The position numbers and the translations under genes were made by a program. Below the pieces are notes generated by a model that saw only the letters and a list, made by a program, of their open reading frames with translations, was not told the DNA's origin and made no database searches. Positions 21,016 through 32,000 of a DNA stretch of 32,000 nucleotides are shown here, piece by piece (within the stretch, counting starts at the first letter, position 1; each line of letters starts with the position of its first letter). Source of the stretch: Fenollaria sporofastidiosus (GTDB taxonomy: Bacteria > Bacillota > Clostridia > Tissierellales > Peptoniphilaceae); the NCBI RefSeq assembly GCF_943169635.2, contig NZ_OW968186.1, positions 1,378,239 to 1,410,238 on the forward strand, given 5' to 3'.

Positions 21016-21681
21016 CTACTTAACCTCCTTGTCAACTATTAAATATCTTCCTTTAACTGCTATAACCTTCAATGCCAAACCATTATCTAGGTAGCCATCG
21101 TAGCTTACAGCGTTGTATTTAATGCCATTAACTAATACAAAGCCCGTTGGTCCAAGTGAACTTATAGACTCTGCATCCTTTCCTACGAGTTTATTTAACT
21201 CATTAAACTCTTCTTTATTCCCTTTTAAATTTGCTTGTGTGCTTAATACAAAATGACTTAGTCCCTTAAGAGTGTAGCCTTTCTTAAACATAAATTTAAT
21301 GAAAGATATATTTAAGTTTAAAGATACTACTATAGCTAATAGACCATATCTATAATTACTAAATGTTAAAGCTATGGATGTAATATAGCCAAGTATACCT
21401 ATAACTCCTGTTACTGTGAAGCCTGGAATGAATATCTCTAAAACTACAAAAATGCATGAAAATATAAATATTGCTATTGGATAAAAATTGTTTATCTGAC
21501 ATAGCACCCTGCTTGCAAATAAAACAAAGTGTGTGATAAAAAATAATGTGATGTATAAATTTTGCTTCTTGTTGATCAATGCAAGGCTTAAGAAAAACGT
21601 GCCTACTAATACTAATAAAAATGCGGCTATATCTGTTGTGATAAACAGATTAGCATCTGCTACCAAAAATAAATTTTGCAT
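21016..21681 (-). CDS. NfeD-like membrane protein (short form: TM segments plus C-terminal OB domain, no protease domain)
   Basis: Intact 221-aa ORF. It is polytopic and hydrophobic in the N-terminal two-thirds and has an NfeD-type C-terminus, [50 protein letters not shown]. It lies immediately upstream of floA, as in yqeZ-yqfA. Confidence 0.8.
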   Translation of the reverse strand: MQNLFLVADANLFITTDIAAFLLVLVGTFFLSLALINKKQNLYITLFFITHFVLFASRVLCQINNFYPIAIFIFSCIFVVLEIFIPGFTVTGVIGILGYITSIALTFSNYRYGLLAIVVSLNLNISFIKFMFKKGYTLKGLSHFVLSTQANLKGNKEEFNELNKLVGKDAESISSLGPTGFVLVNGIKYNAVSYDGYLDNGLALKVIAVKGRYLIVDKEVK

Positions 21682-21721
21682 TCAATCACCACCTAAGTAT
21701 ATTTACCCATTATGTATATAT

Positions 21722-21758
21722 TTAATCAAAAATCAAGGCTGACCATTGTGACCAGCCT
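21722..21758 (-). terminator. Rho-independent terminator after yajC
   Basis: The minus strand reads AGGCUGGUC-ACAAU-GGUCAGCCU (6 Watson-Crick pairs extended by G-U pairs) followed by UGAUUUUUGAUU. Confidence 0.6.
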
Positions 21759-21787
21759 CTCTTGCTCTTATAACTCTTCTGATTTTT

Positions 21788-22102
21788 CTACGTTTTAATC
21801 TCTTTTCTTGTTGCTCTATCTCTGAAAGCCCACTTAGCTATCTCCATATTGCATCCTTGGTTTATTTCGATTACATACATGTCTTCTTTAATTTGAACAA
21901 TCTTACCTAAGATGCCGCCGATAGTTACGATTTGATCTCCTACTTTAAGTGAGTCTCTTAGCTCTTGTAACTTTTGCGCTTGTTTCTTTTGTGGTCTTAC
22001 TAAAAAGAAGTACGCGAATGCTCCAAATAGAACAAATGGTAGTATCATGCTTAGTAATGATCCACTAGCATTTGCTTGTGCTTGTAAAAATGTTAATGTC
22101 AT
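21788..22102 (-). CDS. yajC: Preprotein translocase subunit YajC
   Basis: Intact 104-aa ORF with one TM helix followed by FLVRPQKKQAQKLQELRDSLKVGDQIVTIGGILGKIV. Synteny is queA-tgt-yajC. Confidence 0.92.
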   Translation of the reverse strand: MTLTFLQAQANASGSLLSMILPFVLFGAFAYFFLVRPQKKQAQKLQELRDSLKVGDQIVTIGGILGKIVQIKEDMYVIEINQGCNMEIAKWAFRDRATRKEIKT

Positions 22103-22148
22103 TATATAACCTCCCTCTCGTGTTAATACTATTATACACTATATTACT

Positions 22149-24274
<2,126 letters not shown>

Positions 24275-24285
<11 letters not shown>

Positions 24286-25588
24286 TAAATATTTCAGCTC
24301 CATCGTAGTAAAATTTTAGTATCTCGTCATACTTTAGTCCAGCCTTCGCCATGTTGTTTGCTCCCCATTGGCTTAGTCCAACACCGTGTCCCCAACCATG
24401 CCCAGAAATTTTTATCTTATCAGTCATATTAAGTGTTGGTCTCGAACTAACTTCTTCTGATTCAAAATTATCTAAAAATATAACTACATTATCTTTAATA
24501 ATTACAGATACTTCTTCATCAGAAGCCTTGTCTTTATTAGCAGTTTCATTAGTAGCTTTTCCAACATATTCCACTGTGTATAAACTACTCTTAAATTTGT
24601 TTGCACCAATGGCGTTTTTGAACTTATAGTTATCTACAAGTACCTCTTTAGCTCCATCTTTTATCACAAGAGTTTTTACTCTCTTGCTTGAATTGTTTTC
24701 TTTAACATATATCTGATCTATGGAATTAATATTTATACCTTGCTTTCTAAGTCCACTAATCAAATCATTAATATTAATTTCAAAGCTCCAATTGTAGTTT
24801 GGCTCATTTATAGAGTACTTATCTTCTTTGCTGATCAAATACTTAAACTTTGTGCCCCAAACATCATTAGCATCTGCAGTATATCCGCCATTAGATGAGG
24901 AATATGTTGCATTAACAACTTTACCATCTGATAAAAGTATTTGTCCCCTAGTTTCATCAACAGCTTTTCTAACATTATCTCTTTCTGCATCAAATCCACC
25001 ATAGACCTGGCTTGAAACACTATCATATAAATCAAATGACTTGTCCTTGTTTCTAGTAACGCTACAAACCGCATAAGATCTTGCAGCTACTGCTTGAGCT
25101 TTAAGCGCCTCATAAGAGAAAGTGCTAGGCATCTCTCTTGGAACAACGCCATAAAGGTACTCTTCAAGATCTACATTGTTTATAGCAGATAATTGATTAT
25201 CAATGTGGTTAAAACACAAGTAGCCTCTATATCTCTTATTGTTAATCTTAATGGCTCTTGAACCTAATGATAATATCTTCATAGACTTATTAGTAGCTAT
25301 GCTAGTTAAATAGTTTCCAGCTGCGTCAAAAGCATCATAATTTTGACCATTGAGTCTTAAAACAATATTCTTTTCAAATGTTTGGAACAAACTTAAGTTT
25401 GAATAGATATCTCTAACTTCAAAGCCGTCGTCACTATACAGCTTTAATTCGCCCATATTTTGTGCACTAATGCCTAATTTTACATCTACGCTTGTAATAT
25501 GTTCGTATCCGTTTTCAGCTTTTGCGCTGTTTATCGATAATGCAAGTAAGAATATTGTAAGTATAATTAATATTTTATTCTTCATCAT
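24275..25588 (-). CDS. SpoIID/LytB-domain protein (secreted amidase-enhancer/lytic transglycosylase family)
   Basis: The signal peptide is [24 protein letters not shown], behind the RBS AAGGAGA (start 25586-25588). [10 protein letters not shown] and [19 protein letters not shown] are SpoIID-domain hallmarks. Confidence 0.85.
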
Positions 25589-26594
25589 TGTCTCCTTTGT
25601 CATACTTGTAACCCATATGTTCATATGCAAGCTTTGTAGCAATTCTACCTCTTGGCGTTCTAGCAATGAATCCAAGTTGTATTAAATATGGCTCGTAAAC
25701 ATCTTCTACCGTAGTCCTCTCCTCGTTTGACGATGCTGCAAGTGTATCAAGCCCGACAGGATTGCCACCATACGTATTTATCATTACATCAAGTATCTTT
25801 CTATCAGTTTTATCAAGACCATAGTGGTCGATTTCTAATATATCCAAGCCCTTTTTAGCAATTTTGCCTGTTATAGTCCCATCTTCAAGAACTAAAGAGT
25901 AGTCTCTAACCCTCTTTAAAAGCCTGTTTGCAATTCTTGGAGTGCCTCTTGATCTTCTAGCTATCTCTTTAGCGCCACTTTCGTCAATATCTACTTCTAA
26001 TATGCCAGCAGATCTTCTAACTATTTCGCAAAGTGATGCCTCATCATATAAATCAAGGTTTAGTATAACCCCAAATCTGTCTCTTAATGGTGAGGATAGT
26101 AGTCCTGCTCTAGTTGTTGCGCCTATTAATGTAAATCTTGATAGGTCAATCCTTACAGATCTTGCTGATGGTCCCTTACCAATGATTAAGTCAAGTGAAT
26201 AATCTTCCATGGCTGGATATAAGATTTCTTCTACAGAGCGTGATATCCTATGTATCTCGTCTATGAATAATACATCATCATCTTTTAAATTTGTTAAAAC
26301 TGACGCCAAGTCTCCTGGTCTCTCTATGGCAGGTCCAGATGTTATCTTGATATTTACACCCATCTCATTAGCGATGATATTTGCAAGAGTTGTCTTACCA
26401 AGTCCTGGTGGTCCATATAGAAGCACGTGGTCTAGTGGCTCGCCTCTCATCTTGGCAGCGTTGACAAAGATTTTAAGCTTTTCTTTAACGCTGTCTTGAC
26501 CAATGTAGTCATTAAACCACTTTGGCCTCAAAGAATTATCAAAATTTTCTTCACCCGACCTTAAGTCAGTCGTTATTAATCTATCTTCTTCCAC
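25575..26594 (-). CDS. ruvB: Holliday junction helicase RuvB
   Basis: Intact 339-aa ORF with Walker [17 protein letters not shown], and a RuvB C-terminal domain. Confidence 0.96.
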   Translation of the reverse strand: MEEDRLITTDLRSGEENFDNSLRPKWFNDYIGQDSVKEKLKIFVNAAKMRGEPLDHVLLYGPPGLGKTTLANIIANEMGVNIKITSGPAIERPGDLASVLTNLKDDDVLFIDEIHRISRSVEEILYPAMEDYSLDLIIGKGPSARSVRIDLSRFTLIGATTRAGLLSSPLRDRFGVILNLDLYDEASLCEIVRRSAGILEVDIDESGAKEIARRSRGTPRIANRLLKRVRDYSLVLEDGTITGKIAKKGLDILEIDHYGLDKTDRKILDVMINTYGGNPVGLDTLAASSNEERTTVEDVYEPYLIQLGFIARTPRGRIATKLAYEHMGYKYDKGDNDEE

Positions 26595-26602
26595 TTAAAC
26601 AC

Positions 26603-27182
26603 CTACTTTGAAAGCCTTTTTAATAGCTCTTTTATTAAATCTTCTACTTCCATAGTCTCGTCCAAACCCTTAGCAATGCTAGTAATTTCATATTTGTTGT
26701 AGCCAAGTGAACTTAGTGCTTCTATAGCCTCATTAAGGTTACTGCCTACACTTACAACATTTGCAAGGTCTTCAAATTCACTGCCCTTGCTAACTTTGTC
26801 CTTAAGTTCAAGAATTATTCTTTGAGCAGTTTTTTTACCAATACCAGGCGCCTTCATCAAGGCTTTTTCGTCATTTGTCACGATTGCCTTTTGCAAATCA
26901 ACTACCTTTTGTTCAGACAAAATACCTATGGCAGTCTTAGGTCCTACTCCATTGACTGTTGTAATTAGGTTAAAAAAGTCGAGTTCATATCTATTAACAA
27001 AACCATATAGACTCATGTCATCTTCTCTAACTACTAAATTCATATAAATTTTTACTTCGCCATCGTAGATATCGCTCTCTATAGTTTCTTTTGATGTAAA
27101 CACTTTGTAAGCAATGTTATTTACTAATAAAACTATATAATCTTTTTCTTATCTACAACCTGGCCTATCATATACTCAAACA
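26603..27182 (-). pseudogene. ruvA: Holliday junction DNA-binding protein RuvA, single frameshift after codon ~13
   Basis: HhH motifs GVGPKTA and GIGKKTAQRI are in ORF 26603-27103. The N-terminus MFEYMIGQVVDKKKDYIVLLVNNIAYKVFTS is restored by adding one base to the T5 run at 27143-27147. The ATG is at 27180-27182. Confidence 0.92.
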
Positions 27183-27185
27183 TAA

Positions 27186-27680
27186 CTACCTCAATAAAAA
27201 CTGATCTTTAAAATTAATACTTGCGCTATGAGTTAGAGCAACCGCTAAAGCGTCCGCAACATCATCAGGCCTCGGAACCTTCTCCAAATGAAGAAAAGTT
27301 TTTACCATCTCTTGCATTTGCTTTTTCTCGGCCCTACCATAGCCAGTAACAGCTTGCTTAATTTGAAGTGGAGTGTATTCATATGTTGCTAAACCCTTGT
27401 GTTTTAAGCAAAGAAGAGTTACACCTCTTGCCTCGGCAACTTGTATAACTGTCTTTTGATTCTTAAAGTAGAACAGCTCTTCTATTGCCGCCTCATCAGG
27501 ATCATACTTATCTATGATAGCGCCAAGCTCAAAGTAAATCTTCTCAAGTCTTTTGTCTAAGCTAAGGTCCTTGTGTGTTGTAATCGCATCGTAGAACACA
27601 TCGCGTGCCTTATTGCCGTCGTAATCAATGATGCCCACACCAACTATAGCGATGCCTGGGTCTATACCTAAAATTCTCAT
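27186..27680 (-). CDS. ruvC: Crossover junction endodeoxyribonuclease RuvC
   Basis: Intact 164-aa ORF reading MRILGIDPGIAIVGVGII..., with the RBS GTAGGAGGAAAA upstream. Confidence 0.93.
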   Translation of the reverse strand: MRILGIDPGIAIVGVGIIDYDGNKARDVFYDAITTHKDLSLDKRLEKIYFELGAIIDKYDPDEAAIEELFYFKNQKTVIQVAEARGVTLLCLKHKGLATYEYTPLQIKQAVTGYGRAEKKQMQEMVKTFLHLEKVPRPDDVADALAVALTHSASINFKDQFLLR

Positions 27681-27710
27681 TTTTCCTCCTACTTCTCCAT
27701 TCTAAAGACT

Positions 27711-27739
27711 ATTATACTACAAAATATGCATAAGTTCAA
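27711..27739 (-). promoter_or_regulatory. Near-consensus sigma-A promoter of the ruvCAB operon
   Basis: On the minus strand: TTGAAC (27734-27739), a 17-nt spacer, then TATAAT (27711-27716). It lies about 30 nt upstream of the ruvC ATG. Confidence 0.6.
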
Positions 27740-27800
27740 GCATGCATGCGTATTTTTTGTGTATAGTGACGCATGTATGTATATCTTTGTCAAGTGAACA

Positions 27801-27827
27801 TAAAAAGCTATCTAATTAGATAGCTTT
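27801..27827 (-). terminator. Rho-independent terminator after the CBS-ACT gene
   Basis: A perfect 10-bp inverted repeat, AAAGCTATCT-AATT-AGATAGCTTT (27804-27827), is followed on the minus strand by UUUUUAU. Confidence 0.7.
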
Positions 27828-27849
27828 CATTCATATAATTAAATTTATT

Positions 27850-28473
27850 TTACCACTCGCCAACTCTTAGGCCGGCATCAGATAATACTTTAGTTATGTT
27901 TGTATCATCATCAACTTCAAGTCTTAAGATGACTTTAAGTAGGCCCATAACCTTAGCGCTTGTTACAACCATACTTATGATATTAACCTTTTGATCCCTT
28001 ATAATTCCTGCAAGTCTTGAAATTTGTCCAGGCATATCGAAGATATGTACAACAATTCTCTTACCTTTGTTGATACCAAATACTTCGCTGAACGCATCAA
28101 ATATAGCTTTGTGTGTAAGTATGCCTGCAAATTGATCTTGTTCATCAAATACAGCTAAGAACGGTATTGATAACTTTCCAAGTGCATATGATGCTACTTC
28201 AATGTTTTCTACAATAGAAATCTTTTCGTATCTTTGTTCATTGAACTCAGAAACTAATTTTTTAGCGAACTTATCCTTGTCTGTGCAAGATAATTCATAA
28301 TAAGTTCTGTAGATTGTTTCTTTGTGCAAAATACCAATTAACTTGTCACCATCGACAACTGGTAAACTTAAAAAGTCACCATCTTCGAATTTCTTGATAG
28401 CTTCTGCTACAGTTTCACTCGATTTTACTGTTGTAAGTTTTTCCTTAGGAATCATATAGTTCCTTACATACAT
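27850..28473 (-). CDS. CBS-CBS-ACT domain protein (AcuB-like)
   Basis: From MYVRNYMIPKEKLTTV onward there are two CBS repeats (…SLPVVDGDKLIGILHKETI…, …FLAVFDEQDQFAGILTHKAI…) and an ACT-like tail (RIVVHIFDMPGQISRLAGIIRDQKVNIISM). The track ORF continues upstream in frame to 28665 with no stop, so the true start is uncertain. Confidence 0.75.
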   Translation of the reverse strand: MYVRNYMIPKEKLTTVKSSETVAEAIKKFEDGDFLSLPVVDGDKLIGILHKETIYRTYYELSCTDKDKFAKKLVSEFNEQRYEKISIVENIEVASYALGKLSIPFLAVFDEQDQFAGILTHKAIFDAFSEVFGINKGKRIVVHIFDMPGQISRLAGIIRDQKVNIISMVVTSAKVMGLLKVILRLEVDDDTNITKVLSDAGLRVGEW

Positions 28474-29194
28474 AATACTACCCCTATCTGTATCTTTTAA
28501 AACCCTTTCATTTAAACCGTTCCAATAAGCATCAAAATACAAATTAGAACATGTATTTAATATAAATCTAAATGTTTCTTTATAAATAATGTTTAAATCT
28601 TCTCTCGTTATCATAGAGCTTGCAGATTTTATACCATTTCCATCAAGCTCTAATTGCCTGTCCACATATTTATTTAAAGAATAAGTTTTATCCTTGATTA
28701 CTTTGTTTGAAAATTCACAAACATTAGATAATATTCTTCCACTTTTCTTCTCTTCTTATTAATTCACTTCTTAATCTTTTCTTGAATGTTCTTATTTTCT
28801 ATTTAAGTTCTTAAACTGGAACAAGTATTTTTATTTACCAAGTCTTTGCTCTTATAATACTTAAGCGCCTCTTTCTCTAATGCGTTTGCTTGATTAGTAC
28901 TGTTGAAGCCTTGTATATAACCATCTAAGTATATAGTTCGAGTCTATTTATATCTTCGTGTATTTGTAAAGATAATGACCTGGATATGCAGTGAGCATCT
29001 GATCTGTAGGCTATGGCTTTTGCAATTTTTTTCCTAAGTATGCCCATCGATACATACTTTGGAAATATGTTTTGCACGCCCATGTTAATATCATAAAAGC
29101 TCATCAGCGACTTTAGCGAATCAATGTCTCCTCTATAAAGAAAATTATGTTTTAATCCAACACAGATATGAGATTTTGAAATCTCAACTTGCAT
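28474..29194 (-). pseudogene. Hypothetical protein, frame-disrupted; family not recognised; possibly an N-terminal extension of the CBS-ACT protein
   Basis: ORF 28925-29194 (MQVEISKSHICVGLKHNFLYRGDIDSLK...) continues in shifted frames as DGYIQGFNSTNQANALEKEALKYYKSKDLVNK, then YLFQFKNLNRKIRTFKKRLRSELIRREEKWKNII, then SNVCEFSNKVIKDKTYSLNKYVDRQLELDGNGIK...YFDAYWNGLNERVLKD. The last piece is in frame with the CBS gene. Confidence 0.4.
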
Positions 29195-29255
29195 TTTCTT
29201 ACCTCCGTCAATTGTTATTTCAATTATACTACATATTCAGGCGAAAATATATTAA

Positions 29256-29285
29256 GAAAAATAATTAAGTTGTGTCAAAACTTAA
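29256..29285 (-). terminator. Weak candidate terminator after the macro-domain gene
   Basis: The minus strand reads UUAAGUU-UUGACAC-AACUUAA followed by UUAUUUUUC. The stem is almost all A-U, so it is marginal. Confidence 0.3.
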
Positions 29286-29288
29286 CAA

Positions 29289-29843
29289 TTAATATAGGCT
29301 TGATGTGGACTTGATTAAAATTTTATTATCTTTTACTAAAATAATATTTTTATATTCCTCATAAAATTTATAATTATTAAGACATATAAATTCCTCTATA
29401 GTGGATTCATTGTTTTGAAGATATGTTTTTATAGCGTTAACGGCAATCTTACTTGCCTCTTTTATATCCATTGCAAAGGCTCCGCATGATATTGCAGGTA
29501 TTGCGATAGATTTAATCTTGTGCTCATCTGCTAAGTGCAAAAGATTGAAGTAGGTTTTCTCTAAAAGCTTAAACTTGTTTTTATTAGAGTCCATCGGCCC
29601 AACAACGTGTATGATGTAGTCGTTCTTTAATTTATGTGCCTTTGTAATCTTAGCGCCACCAGTATATACTCCTGCGAGTTTCACTGTATCATCTAAAAGA
29701 TCATCTCCATCTTTTTCGTGTATAAGGCCATCTAAACCGCCACCTCCAAGTAAAGAATTGTTTGCAGGGTTCACTATAGACTCTACTTCTAAATCAAATA
29801 TATCTGCGTAAATCGCTTCTACTTTGCAAGAATTGATTATCAT
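29289..29843 (-). CDS. Macro domain protein (ADP-ribose / O-acetyl-ADP-ribose hydrolase family)
   Basis: Intact 184-aa ORF containing IVNPANNSLLGGGGLDGLIH and ...IAIPAISCGAF.... Its start overlaps the pepT stop (ATGA). Confidence 0.85.
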   Translation of the reverse strand: MIINSCKVEAIYADIFDLEVESIVNPANNSLLGGGGLDGLIHEKDGDDLLDDTVKLAGVYTGGAKITKAHKLKNDYIIHVVGPMDSNKNKFKLLEKTYFNLLHLADEHKIKSIAIPAISCGAFAMDIKEASKIAVNAIKTYLQNNESTIEEFICLNNYKFYEEYKNIILVKDNKILIKSTSSLY

Positions 29844-31057
29844 ACAAGCTTAACTAGTTCTACTACAGTTTCAAATGCCTTTACCATTGATTGTATTGAA
29901 GCGTACTCATATCTTCCGTGGTAGTTCATACCGCCTGTGAAGATGTTTGGACAAGGAAGACCCATAAACGATAGTCTTGCACCATCAGTTCCACCTCTAA
30001 CTTGTGTTACTTTTGGCTCTACTCCAGCATTTTTCATTGCTTTCTTTGCTAATTCAACTATCTCTAGTCTTGGTTCTATCTTTTCATACATATTGTAATA
30101 TGAATCTTTTATATCAAGCTCCATTGCATCATTATATTTATAATTAATGTAGTCTTGAGCATCTTTCATAAGGCACTTCTTTGATGCAAATCCTTCTTTA
30201 GTGAAGTCTCTTATGATGTAGTGCATTTGTGTTTCTTCTACAGAACCCTTCATATTTGTTAATAGTATAAAGCCTTCATAGCCTTCTGTATACTCTGGTC
30301 TTTCATTGACTGGTAGCATAGCGTTGTATTCCATAGCTACTAATTGTGAGTTAATCATCTTATTCTTAGCTGAACCTGGATGTACGTTTCTACCTCTTAT
30401 AGTGATTTTAGCAGAAGCTGCATTGAAGTTTTCGTATTCTATCTCTCCAAGTGGACCACCGTCAATAGTAAAAGCATAATCAGCTCCAAATTTCTTAACA
30501 TCGAATAGGTCTGCACCTCTACCAATTTCCTCATCTGGTGTAAAGGCAATTCTGATCTTACCGTGCTTTACATCTGGATTTTTGATAAAGTATTCCATAG
30601 CTGTAACTATTTCAGCAACGCCCGCCTTATCATCTGCGCCTAATAGTGTTGTGCCGTCAGTAACTATAAGGTCATCTCCCACATAGTCATTAAGCTCAGG
30701 GAAATCATTTGGGCTTAAGATAATGTTTTCTTTCTCATTTAAAACAATGTCTTTGCCATCATACTTTTCAACTATTCTAGGCTTAACGTTCTCGCCACTC
30801 ATATCAGGTGATGTGTCCATATGAGATATAAGTCCTAAAACATCTTTCTTCTCATCAGTATTAGCTGGAAGTGTTGCATAAAGGTATGAATGTTCATCAA
30901 GCTCAACATCTTCTAAGCCTAATTCAATAAGTTCGTCTCTTAATTTCTTTGCAAACTCCATAATCTTTGGACTGCTTGGACAAGTTTGAGACTCCTCATC
31001 AGACTTTGTGTCAATTTTTGCGTATTTAATAAAACGATCTACTAAGATATCTTTCAT
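29840..31057 (-). CDS. pepT: Peptidase T (tripeptide aminopeptidase, M20B)
   Basis: MKDILVDRFIKYAKIDTKSDEES..., ISHMDTSPD and GADDKAG are PepT hallmarks. The start is taken at 31055-31057, behind the RBS AAAGGAG; the track's start of 31102 overlaps the upstream terminator. Confidence 0.92.
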   Translation of the reverse strand: MKDILVDRFIKYAKIDTKSDEESQTCPSSPKIMEFAKKLRDELIELGLEDVELDEHSYLYATLPANTDEKKDVLGLISHMDTSPDMSGENVKPRIVEKYDGKDIVLNEKENIILSPNDFPELNDYVGDDLIVTDGTTLLGADDKAGVAEIVTAMEYFIKNPDVKHGKIRIAFTPDEEIGRGADLFDVKKFGADYAFTIDGGPLGEIEYENFNAASAKITIRGRNVHPGSAKNKMINSQLVAMEYNAMLPVNERPEYTEGYEGFILLTNMKGSVEETQMHYIIRDFTKEGFASKKCLMKDAQDYINYKYNDAMELDIKDSYYNMYEKIEPRLEIVELAKKAMKNAGVEPKVTQVRGGTDGARLSFMGLPCPNIFTGGMNYHGRYEYASIQSMVKAFETVVELVKLV

Positions 31058-31087
31058 AATATCACTCCTTTTAATTTTTACCCAATT

Positions 31088-31118
31088 AAAGAAAAATAAC
31101 AAGCATAAAGCCTGTTAT
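31088..31118 (-). terminator. Rho-independent terminator after ogt
   Basis: The minus strand reads AUAACAGGC-UUUAU-GCUUGUUAU followed by UUUUUCUUU. Confidence 0.55.
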
Positions 31119-31139
31119 TGCGTTGTTTACTAAAATTAT

Positions 31140-31634
31140 TTACTGTACTTCTCTTCTAATTCCAATAAAGATTTTTACATCATTACCATCAGAGTAGTTA
31201 TAGTAGCCATCTTCTTTTAACATAACAATTCTGTGGCAAGGTATAATTATAACAATGCTGTTGCCTCTGCAAGTAGCGCCTACTCCGCGAGCATATGTCT
31301 TTTTGCCAAGTTTAAGTGCAATGTCTCCATATGTACTAGTCTCACCATAGCGAACCTTTCTTATCTCTTCTAAGGCTTTATTCTGAAACTCTTTTGCTTT
31401 TACTCTAATAGGTATGTCAAATTCCTTTCTTTCGCCTCTGAAGTACTCTTCTAGCTGCTCGACAGTTCTGTCTAATATTTCATTCTTTTCAAGTTTACTT
31501 CCATATATACCTTGGTGACCAAAACGTAAGTACACAAGAGCATCATCTTCTGCTGCTGCAGTCATCTCGCCTAGCGGGGTGTTGAAGTAGTGAACAAAAT
31601 ATGTCTTTTGCTTATCAAAGTAGTTTGTAATCAT
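31140..31634 (-). CDS. ogt: Methylated-DNA--protein-cysteine methyltransferase (Ogt/MGMT)
   Basis: Intact 164-aa ORF with the active site IIIPCHRIV and the upstream YGDIA motif. Confidence 0.9.
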   Translation of the reverse strand: MITNYFDKQKTYFVHYFNTPLGEMTAAAEDDALVYLRFGHQGIYGSKLEKNEILDRTVEQLEEYFRGERKEFDIPIRVKAKEFQNKALEEIRKVRYGETSTYGDIALKLGKKTYARGVGATCRGNSIVIIIPCHRIVMLKEDGYYNYSDGNDVKIFIGIRREVQ

Positions 31635-31750
31635 TTGATCATCTCCTATGTATAATTATAGTATATCATTGTTCTAAAGTCAATAAAATATTCACAATTT
31701 AAAGTGTGATTGTATTGTTTTGAGCTTCACTATATAAAACAATATTGCAT

Positions 31751-31777
31751 AAAAAAAGAGCGAGTATTAACTCGCCC
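31751..31777 (-). terminator. Rho-independent terminator after ppdK
   Basis: The minus strand reads GGGCGAGU-UAAU-ACUCGCUC followed by UUUUUUU. Confidence 0.75.
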
Positions 31778-31795
31778 TTTCTATATAAATACTAC

Positions 31796-32000
31796 TTACT
31801 TATTTTTCCTCTTAATGCTTGCTTGCGCAGCTGCTAGTCTTGCAATTGGAACTCTGTATGGTGAGCAGCTTACATAATCAAGTCCGATTGCATCACAGAA
31901 CTCGATTGATCTAGGGTCTCCACCATGTTCGCCGCAGATACCTACGTGAATGTTTGGTCTTGTTTGTCTACCAAGTTTAGTGCCCATATCTAATAGCTTG
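31796..32000 (-). CDS. ppdK: Pyruvate,phosphate dikinase, C-terminal end (gene continues beyond the window)
   Basis: ...[41 protein letters not shown] is the conserved PEP-utilising-enzyme C-terminus of PpdK. The frame stays open to position 32000. Confidence 0.88.
   Translation of the reverse strand, partial: KLLDMGTKLGRQTRPNIHVGICGEHGGDPRSIEFCDAIGLDYVSCSPYRVPIARLAAAQASIKRKNK

Noticed and set aside
22128-22140. TGTATAAT element in the 46-nt tgt-yajC gap, considered as an extended -10 promoter.
   Set aside because: The TG is directly adjacent to TATAAT rather than in the TGnTATAAT register, and the -35 would fall inside tgt. It may be a weak internal promoter, but I cannot support it from sequence alone.
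24835-25074. 79-aa alternative-frame minus-strand ORF inside the SpoIID-like gene.
   Set aside because: It is fully nested in a well-supported gene in another frame. It has a Met/Leu-rich odd composition and no RBS.
27730-27760. Possible LexA (Cheo-box, GAAC-N4-GTTC) operator overlapping the ruvC -35, together with the palindromic GCATGCATGC next to it.
   Set aside because: Only one half-site is present (GAAC-TTAT-GCAT). The GCATGC palindrome is short and has no known role here. This is not enough to call SOS regulation.

Overview
AT-rich (by eye about 30% GC) Bacillota-type chromosomal segment. All 37 protein genes and one RNA gene lie on the minus strand. The content is core housekeeping, arranged in blocks that are syntenic with Bacillus subtilis. 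Read 5'->3' along the coding (minus) strand, from coordinate 32000 down to 1: ppdK 3' end; ogt, pepT, a macro-domain gene; an unknown gene plus a CBS-CBS-ACT gene; ruvC-ruvA-ruvB, a SpoIID-like gene, queA-tgt-yajC; nfeD-floA-(yqfB position)-phoH-ybeY-cdd-era-recO-glyQ-glyS-yqfL(PDRP)-dGTPase-dnaG-sigA-trmK-nif3; rnpB (RNase P RNA, type B); queT; mltG-yrrM-U32 peptidase; then a compact ComG/type IV pilus-like cluster (ATPase, platform protein, pilin, probable prepilin peptidase). I see no CRISPR array, tRNA or rRNA gene, transposase, integrase, phage gene or recognisable defence, toxin or biosynthetic system, and I cannot support a claim of a novel system here. The dominant anomaly is technical. 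16 of the 37 protein genes are frame-disrupted as sequenced, including the essential genes dnaG, glyQ, glyS and era. Twelve of the lesions I resolved by hand sit in an A/T homopolymer that is one base too short; a few others look like +1 or -2 length changes or could not be resolved. This points to homopolymer miscalling in the assembly rather than gene decay, so the fragments in the ORF track should be merged; I type these genes as pseudogene only in the as-sequenced sense. Secondary observations: an in-frame phoH-ybeY junction; a genuine-looking in-frame TGA in the pilus platform gene; queT lying 23 nt downstream of rnpB with no riboswitch; no T-box leader upstream of glyQS; an unassignable ~240-aa coding region in frame with the CBS-ACT gene; and a shared promoter-like module at rnpB and ruvC.
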